Below, piece by piece: positions 57,734 through 64,000 of a stretch of 64,000 nt of DNA. Every line of letters begins with the position of its first letter. Positions within the stretch are counted from its first letter, which is position 1. The notes beneath the pieces are model-generated. The model had not been told where the DNA came from. It saw only the letters and a program-made list of their open reading frames with translations, and did no database searches. The position numbers and the translations under genes are program-made. Origin of the DNA: Candidatus Gastranaerophilales bacterium (GTDB lineage Bacteria; Cyanobacteriota; Vampirovibrionia; Gastranaerophilales; Gastranaerophilaceae); assembly GCA_944325545.1 (NCBI GenBank), contig CALVAM010000011.1, positions 2,023 to 66,022 of the forward strand, written 5' to 3'.

Positions 57734-59509
57734 TTAAGAAAGTTTTCTAATCAATTCCTGAGCTTCTTCATCTTCAGGGAAAATTGAAACAATTTTTTCT
57801 AAAAGTTCTAAGGCTTTATCATTGTTGTTTAATTTTTCGTAGCATTTCGCAAGGCTCATTAAAATTGAAATATTATCAGGTTTTTTAGATAGTAAATTTT
57901 CAAAGATATTTATAGCAGATTGATACTCGCCAAGTTCAAAATATGTTAAAGCAAGTGTATTTTGGGTTTCAATATCAGGATTTTGTTCGACTGCTTTTAT
58001 TAGGTATAGTTTAGCTTCGTCATATTCTTTTCTTGCAAATAGGATTCTGCCGACGCAAAATTGAATATATTCGTGATGAGGATTTATTTTAAAAGCTTTC
58101 ATAATATAATTTTTAGCTTCATCTAATTGGTTCAGTACTAATTTGTTTAATGCCATAAATGTTAGTGCCAAAATATTTTCCGGTTCAAGCTCTAAGGCTT
58201 CTGTATAATATCTCTCAGCTTCGTTATTTTTAGATGTTGAGTATAAAAAATTTCCATATTCAAATATTATTTCAAAATCGTTTGGTGCTAAGTTTAAAGC
58301 CATCTTAAATTCATCTTCTGCATAATCAAATAATCTTTTATTTAAATATATAATTGCTAAATCTTTGTGAGCTTTCGCAATATTAGGATTCATTTTTATA
58401 ACTTTTTTTAGTATTCTCTCTGCTGTATCAGTATCACAAAGGGTTGATGACAACACTGCATACTGATGTAATGTTTCAGCTGTCGGATTGTTTTTTAATA
58501 AGATGTTATCGTAAATATCTTTTGCTTTTGATAAATTATTAACTTTTATATATAAACTTGCAAGTTTTTGTGCAGGTAGTATAAATTTTTGATTAACAAA
58601 AACCATTTTTTCCAACATATTAATTGCGGTTTTTGTATCCCCTAAAGCTTCCAGGCATGTCACTAAATTATATTTATAATTTTCTTTTTCCGGATGTTGT
58701 ATGATTAGTGTTTTGTAAATATTTGCGGCTTCTTCATATTTTTCAGATTTTACCAATGACATTGCATAAGCAATTTTAAAACTTTCATCTTCTTCATCAA
58801 GTTTAACGGCTTCTTTTAAATATACACAAGCTTCTTCATGATTTTGTTGAATTTGAAAAGCAGAACCTAAATTAAAATAAGCCATAGGATTTTCAGGAGA
58901 AATTTCTAAAGCCTTTTTATAATATTTAATAGCTTTTTCCCCTTGGCTTGTTGCCATATATGCAGTTCCTAAACTATTTAAAATTCCTAAATTTTCCGGT
59001 TCTTTTTGCAAAGCTCTTTCAAAAGGTTCAATGCTTTTTGAAAATTCTCTAATTTTCATATAAGCAGTACCGATTACAAAATCAAAAATATATTCTTCAT
59101 CAGATAAACCGTTTGCAATAATTGCATATTTTAAAGCTTCTTCAGGTTGGTTTAGTTTCATTAATATTACGCATAAGTTTTTGTATGCTTCTAAATATTC
59201 TTTACGTAATTCGATGACTTTAATGTAGCTATTTTTTGCAGAAATAAGGTCATTATTTTTATCATAACAATTTGCTAAATAAAACCAAGAAGTAGCATCA
59301 TCCGGAGCATATTTTAAAACTGTTTCAAAATTATTTTGTGCTTCTTTCCACTCTTCAAGATTTATAAAAGTTAAACCCGCAAGTTTTAATAATTCTATAT
59401 TATTACCATCTTCTTTGAGAGCAGGAATTATTAACTCTTTAGCTTCATTAAATTTTTTTTCACCAACAAACTTATTAATTCTGTCAATATCTATCATTTT
59501 ATGCTCCAA
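57734..59509 (-). CDS. Tetratricopeptide repeat protein
   Basis: Many 34-aa repeats (e.g. [33 protein letters not shown]). Confidence 0.92.
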   Translation of the reverse strand: MEHKMIDIDRINKFVGEKKFNEAKELIIPALKEDGNNIELLKLAGLTFINLEEWKEAQNNFETVLKYAPDDATSWFYLANCYDKNNDLISAKNSYIKVIELRKEYLEAYKNLCVILMKLNQPEEALKYAIIANGLSDEEYIFDFVIGTAYMKIREFSKSIEPFERALQKEPENLGILNSLGTAYMATSQGEKAIKYYKKALEISPENPMAYFNLGSAFQIQQNHEEACVYLKEAVKLDEEDESFKIAYAMSLVKSEKYEEAANIYKTLIIQHPEKENYKYNLVTCLEALGDTKTAINMLEKMVFVNQKFILPAQKLASLYIKVNNLSKAKDIYDNILLKNNPTAETLHQYAVLSSTLCDTDTAERILKKVIKMNPNIAKAHKDLAIIYLNKRLFDYAEDEFKMALNLAPNDFEIIFEYGNFLYSTSKNNEAERYYTEALELEPENILALTFMALNKLVLNQLDEAKNYIMKAFKINPHHEYIQFCVGRILFARKEYDEAKLYLIKAVEQNPDIETQNTLALTYFELGEYQSAINIFENLLSKKPDNISILMSLAKCYEKLNNNDKALELLEKIVSIFPEDEEAQELIRKLS

Positions 59510-60497
59510 AATAATTTTTTAATCCTGAAGAAATATTTGTATTTCTGCATAGTTTTTTTAGTTTTGAAATTGCGCGATTTTCAATTTGTCTTATTCTTTC
59601 TCGGGATACTCCATAAATTGAACCAATCTCATCAAGAGTCTTTTTATTTCCGTCATTGTTTAATCCGAATCTTAATATTAAAACATCTCTTTCTTTTTGA
59701 CTTAGTTGATCCAGCATATTTTTAATATCATCAAGCATGCTCTCTTGTGATACTAAACTATCCGGAGCAATTGTTGATTCATCAACAATATAGTCAATGA
59801 TTTTGTTAGAATCATCTTTTTGTCCGGTCGGAGTATCTATACTAATTGTAGATTGTGTAGATTTTACAATTGAGTTTAATTTTGTTACGGAAATTCCCAT
59901 TTTATCTGCAATTTCTTGCTTATTAGGAATTCGTCCCAACTCTGTTGTCAAATCCATAGTAGCTTTTTTGATTTTGTTTATAGATTCAATTAAATGGATA
60001 GGTAATCTTATAATTCTTGCTTTATCAGCTATTGCTCTTGTTATTGATTGTTGTATCCACCATGTTGCATATGTCGAAAATTTGTAGCCTTTTGTGTAAT
60101 CAAATTTTTCGGTAGCTTTTATTAGTCCCATATTACCTTCTTGTATAAGATCTAAAAATGACAGGCCTCTTCCGATATATTTTTTTGCAATGCTTACGAC
60201 TAATCTTAAGTTTGCATTGATTAATACTTTTCTCGCAATTTCACTTTGAGTTTCATATATTTTTTTTGCAACTTCTAATTCTTCTTGAGCTGATAGTAGA
60301 GGTATTTTTCCTATTTGTTGCAAATAAATTCTAACAGAATCGTCTGAATTAACTGAATTTAAACTTTCCTGTGTCTTTGGCTCTTCTATGGAAATAGAAT
60401 CATCATCTTCTTCTATAGGTTTGATACTGTTAAAATCAACTCCTTCCTCAGAAATATCATCGATAGTGAGATTTATGGATTCTTTTTTTCTATTCAT
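59499..60497 (-). CDS. RNA polymerase sigma-70 factor, RpoD/group 2-like, without region 1.1
   Basis: [52 protein letters not shown]; ATG at 60497 preferred. Confidence 0.93.
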   Translation of the reverse strand: MNRKKESINLTIDDISEEGVDFNSIKPIEEDDDSISIEEPKTQESLNSVNSDDSVRIYLQQIGKIPLLSAQEELEVAKKIYETQSEIARKVLINANLRLVVSIAKKYIGRGLSFLDLIQEGNMGLIKATEKFDYTKGYKFSTYATWWIQQSITRAIADKARIIRLPIHLIESINKIKKATMDLTTELGRIPNKQEIADKMGISVTKLNSIVKSTQSTISIDTPTGQKDDSNKIIDYIVDESTIAPDSLVSQESMLDDIKNMLDQLSQKERDVLILRFGLNNDGNKKTLDEIGSIYGVSRERIRQIENRAISKLKKLCRNTNISSGLKNYFGA

Positions 60498-61239
60498 TTT
60501 TAATACCTCTTTGTTTGACGCTCTCAAATAATATTATAGCAGTGGCATTTGAAACATTTAAAGAATTAAAATTTGTTAACATTGGAATTTTAACTTTAAA
60601 ATCGGATAATTTTATTAATGATTTTGAAATGCCTGAATGTTCTGCTCCCATGATTAATGCAAAATTCATATTTGTATAATCAACATCGTAATAATTATCT
60701 TTTGCATGATGATCAGAAGCAATTACCCAGTAGTCGTTTTCTTTTAGTTTTTGAACAGCATTAACTAAACTGTTAACTTTTATTATTGAAATGTGATTAA
60801 TAGCACCAGCACTTGTTTTTTCTACTGTTGAATTAATTAAAACGCCTCTCCTTGATGGTAAAATTATGGCTTTTACGCCTGCACAAACACAAGAACGGAT
60901 GATTGCTCCGATATTATGTGAATCCTCAATTCCGTCTAAAATAACTACAGATGTATCAGAAGTTTTATTTTGTTCAAGAAAATCTTCTAATTCTACATAT
61001 TTAACTGGAGATATTAATGCAATAACTCCTTGATGTCTTCCTTCTGTTTCAATTTGATTTAATTTTTGTGGTGCAACAAATTGATAGATTATTCCGCGTT
61101 CTGTTGCTAAATTTTTTATTTTTTCGATTTTTTGATCTGATCGCGAATTATTGGAAATAAGAATTTTATTAAATTCTCGAGTTCCGGCTTCTAATGCTTC
61201 TATTATTGAATTTTTACCATAGATATAATTTTCATTCAT
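60490..61239 (-). CDS. rlmB: 23S rRNA (Gm2251) 2'-O-methyltransferase, TrmH family
   Basis: [39 protein letters not shown]. Confidence 0.9.
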   Translation of the reverse strand: MNENYIYGKNSIIEALEAGTREFNKILISNNSRSDQKIEKIKNLATERGIIYQFVAPQKLNQIETEGRHQGVIALISPVKYVELEDFLEQNKTSDTSVVILDGIEDSHNIGAIIRSCVCAGVKAIILPSRRGVLINSTVEKTSAGAINHISIIKVNSLVNAVQKLKENDYWVIASDHHAKDNYYDVDYTNMNFALIMGAEHSGISKSLIKLSDFKVKIPMLTNFNSLNVSNATAIILFESVKQRGIKNE

Positions 61240-62147
61240 TAATTTGAAACCTTTAACATTCTTTCAATGCAGTTTGAACTGGCTTGTCTTATTTTTTCGT
61301 CTAATATAATTTCAGTTGTTTCGTTTTTTAATGCATTTAAAATTTCTTCAAGAGTAGTTAATTTCATGCTTTCACAAAGCATGTTGTCTTTTATAAGAAT
61401 AAATTCTTTATTTGGATAGTCTCTTTTTAATCTGTCATATACACCTTTTTCAGTTACGATTATGAATTGTTTATCTGAGCTGTTTTTTACGTAATTGATA
61501 ATACCGCTGGTACTTCCGACATAATCGCCTAACTTACTTACTTCAGGTTTGCATTCCGGATGAATTAAAATTTTTGCATTAGGATATTTATTCCGAGCGT
61601 CTTTAATGTCTGACACGTTAATATTGTGATGGACAGGACAATTACCGTTGTAGGTTATTATTTTTACGCTATTAAGTTGGTTTTCAACCCATTTACCGAG
61701 GTTTTGATCCGGCAAAAATAATACTTTATCTGAATTTAAACTCTTTACTATTTGTAAAGCATTAGAACTTGTACAACAGATGTCACACTCCGCTTTTACT
61801 TCTGCAGTAGAGTTTATGTAGCAAACTATTGGAATGTTAGGGTGCTTTGATTTAAAATCAAGCATTTGTTTGTGGTTTATCATGTCTGCCATTAAACATC
61901 CTGCATTTATATTAGGTAATATAACTTTTTTGTCTGGAGATATTATTTTTGCAGTTTGAGCCATAAAATATACTCCTGCAAATATAATTATGTCTGCGTT
62001 TGTTTTTTTAGCTTGTTGACTCAAATATAAAGAGTCTCCTACAAAATCCGCCACTTCATCAATTTCTATGTTTTGGTAACTATGGGCAAGAATTATTGCA
62101 TTTTTTTCTTTTTTTAGATTATTTATCTCTTCAATTAATTTTCTCAT
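61239..62147 (-). CDS. nadA: Quinolinate synthase
   Basis: ILAHSYQ, GDSL, GVYFMA, GCLMAD, YINS, CTSSNA, CPVH, HPEC, CESMK. Confidence 0.96.
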   Translation of the reverse strand: MRKLIEEINNLKKEKNAIILAHSYQNIEIDEVADFVGDSLYLSQQAKKTNADIIIFAGVYFMAQTAKIISPDKKVILPNINAGCLMADMINHKQMLDFKSKHPNIPIVCYINSTAEVKAECDICCTSSNALQIVKSLNSDKVLFLPDQNLGKWVENQLNSVKIITYNGNCPVHHNINVSDIKDARNKYPNAKILIHPECKPEVSKLGDYVGSTSGIINYVKNSSDKQFIIVTEKGVYDRLKRDYPNKEFILIKDNMLCESMKLTTLEEILNALKNETTEIILDEKIRQASSNCIERMLKVSN

Positions 62148-62213
62148 CTATTTATCCTGTGTACAAATTTTATATTTTATTGTACAATAAAAAAAAATAG
62201 GAAGAAAGAGAAA

Positions 62214-63875
62214 ATGGAATTATTTAAAAAGAGTTCAATAATTGGTGTGGCTATAACTCCTGAGAGAGGCCTTGAGATTGCAGAAATAAATTTTTTAACT
62301 AAAGAAGTTATTAAATACGGAGTTAGATCTTTAGAGTTTGATATTCATCAGCGTGCTATTGCAGATTTGGATATTTTTAAAGAAACTTTACAGGATTTGT
62401 TGTTAGAGTTACAAATTCCTAAGAATTCTCCATTGGTTTTATGTACTCCTACTGTGGCTTTTAAAGTTAATGATTATCCAGCGGCTTTGGATGATGGACA
62501 AATTTCTAATGCTATTGAGGAAGAATTAGCTGAAAATCCGTTTTTCAAAAATACCGATCCTAGTATAAGTGCTGCAATGTTACCAAATTCGTCTATGCAA
62601 TTCAACAAAGTTGCTTATGTCGCTTCTCAAAAAGTTATGTTAATTGAGATAGCAATGATTATTAAAGAACTTGGTTATAAGATTCATGCAATTGAAACAT
62701 CTGTAAATGCTACATTGAATACATTGATGTATAAAGAACAGATTAATGTTTCCGATGATTCAAATTGGGTAATGTTAATTATTGAAAATTATTGTTGCCG
62801 TTTGATTTTAATGAATGGTAAGAATTACGTTGACGCTTTTGAAGAAAGGGTTGTAATTGGAGAAGTTTTAGGGGATGATGAAAATTATTCTGCTGTTGTT
62901 TCTGCAATTGATCCATTGTTGAAAAACTTACCTTCTAAGTATTTATATATAGTTTCTAAGACAGATTTGATTAATGCTGAAATTGTTGCAAGTAAGATAA
63001 GCTACTCTGCAAGGATTATACACTTGAACGCAAATAGATACAGTTTAGAAAAAGATTTATCATTTGCTCCAACTGTCGATGAAGCTGTTGCAGGTTTTAT
63101 TAGTATGGATGTAATTGGTGCGGCTATTTACAGAGAGTTTATGCCGTATGCAAGTGCGTGCTTCAATCTCTATAACAAATCTTTGGGTGATATTTATATT
63201 TTAGAACAACCTCCTGAGTTTAATTTTAGAGGGAAAAATATTGTATTATCTAACGAAAATTTAATAAAAATATTTATAGTTATTGCAATTCTTGTAATAA
63301 TCCCTTCTGTTATTGGATTTTCTATAGTTTCAAAATATGTTTCTGATTTGAATTCTAAAGGGCAAGAATTGGATTCAAAAATTACACAAATTCAAAAGTT
63401 TTTAAAAGAAAATGAAAATGTTTCTTCTGATTTGTTTGATGAAGGTGATGAAATTAAGGTTGGATTAGTTCATAATAAAAATATTTATTCTTATTATACA
63501 ATAGTGGGAACTGAAATTCCTAAAAAGCTATGGTTAACTCATTTAAATTTTAATGATAAAGTAACAATTGAAGGTCAAGCAGATAATTTGGAGAGTGTTT
63601 ATGCATTTTTTAGGAGTTTGAAGGATTATAATCCGGATTCCAAAATTGAATTGCAGGAATTGTCTTTAGCGTCTAATTCGGCTCCGCTTGAAATCAATAA
63701 TGATGAAGATTTGGAGGTAGACTCTGTTTTAACCTCTTTGAATGCTGATTTTTATCAATTTAAAATTTCTAATGCTCCAAAGGAAGTTAAAAATAAAAAT
63801 GGTAAAGATAAAAATGGTAAAGATGACAAAAAAGGTGTTGGAAATTTACCTGATTTAGAAACAATAAAAGAATAA
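62214..63875 (+). CDS. Fused PilM-like/PilN-like type IV pilus assembly protein
   Basis: N-terminal actin-like PilM-type domain; single TM near residue 355; periplasmic PilN-like LWLTHL...VTIEGQA. Confidence 0.7.
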   Translation: MELFKKSSIIGVAITPERGLEIAEINFLTKEVIKYGVRSLEFDIHQRAIADLDIFKETLQDLLLELQIPKNSPLVLCTPTVAFKVNDYPAALDDGQISNAIEEELAENPFFKNTDPSISAAMLPNSSMQFNKVAYVASQKVMLIEIAMIIKELGYKIHAIETSVNATLNTLMYKEQINVSDDSNWVMLIIENYCCRLILMNGKNYVDAFEERVVIGEVLGDDENYSAVVSAIDPLLKNLPSKYLYIVSKTDLINAEIVASKISYSARIIHLNANRYSLEKDLSFAPTVDEAVAGFISMDVIGAAIYREFMPYASACFNLYNKSLGDIYILEQPPEFNFRGKNIVLSNENLIKIFIVIAILVIIPSVIGFSIVSKYVSDLNSKGQELDSKITQIQKFLKENENVSSDLFDEGDEIKVGLVHNKNIYSYYTIVGTEIPKKLWLTHLNFNDKVTIEGQADNLESVYAFFRSLKDYNPDSKIELQELSLASNSAPLEINNDEDLEVDSVLTSLNADFYQFKISNAPKEVKNKNGKDKNGKDDKKGVGNLPDLETIKE

Positions 63876-63886
63876 AGGATATAATA

Positions 63887-64000
63887 ATGGATAAAAGTAA
63901 ACGATATTATGGTGTTTTGGCTTTTCTGGCTGCGGTTGGGTTATTAATTTTTATAGTTTACTCTTTGTTTTCTCCTAAGATAGAAGAGATGAAAAGTCTT
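63887..64000 (+). CDS. 5' end of a probable PilO-like membrane protein, truncated by the window edge
   Basis: MDKSKRYYGVLAFLAAVGLLIFIVYSLFSPKIEEMKSL...; AAGGA RBS; TM followed by PK as in PilO, downstream of pilMN. Confidence 0.55.
   Translation, partial: MDKSKRYYGVLAFLAAVGLLIFIVYSLFSPKIEEMKSL

Noticed and set aside
1-64000. rRNA/tRNA genes, prophage, IS or integrase
   Set aside because: No cloverleaf, rRNA signature, transposase, integrase or phage structural motif recognised

Overview
AT-rich, gene-dense bacterial chromosome segment. It most resembles Vampirovibrionia/Melainabacteria (Gastranaerophilales-like). This is inferred from a diderm flagellar operon with L/P rings, a GFTLAEVL-type pilin, PilM/N and SpoIID genes, lineage-style hypothetical proteins and no photosynthesis genes. 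Housekeeping genes include thyX, folC, pgi, alaS, glyS, mazG, glgA, nadA, rlmB and a sigma-70 factor. No rRNA, tRNA, CRISPR array, transposase or integrase was recognised. Most notable: (1) a promoter-bounded operon collinear with aryl-polyene genes apeE-F-G-H/I-K-L-M but lacking any ketosynthase or ketoreductase; (2) a flagellar rod/ring/hook-junction operon whose intergenic spaces carry several repeat systems, including a fixed 25-nt heptamer element after stop codons, a 54-bp tandem array, and a 55-bp tandem array encoding a chain of three overlapping micro-ORFs linking slt to flgF; (3) unrelated proteins sharing a 43-aa N-terminal leader (MKI...TV[NS]FKG) that could be an export signal; (4) intact ORFs that have lost catalytic or ligand residues (PurN-like, PurD-like, Hcp-like); (5) a disrupted, internally deleted paralogue of an M49-like peptidase. 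All functional calls come from motif recognition by eye; no database searches were run.
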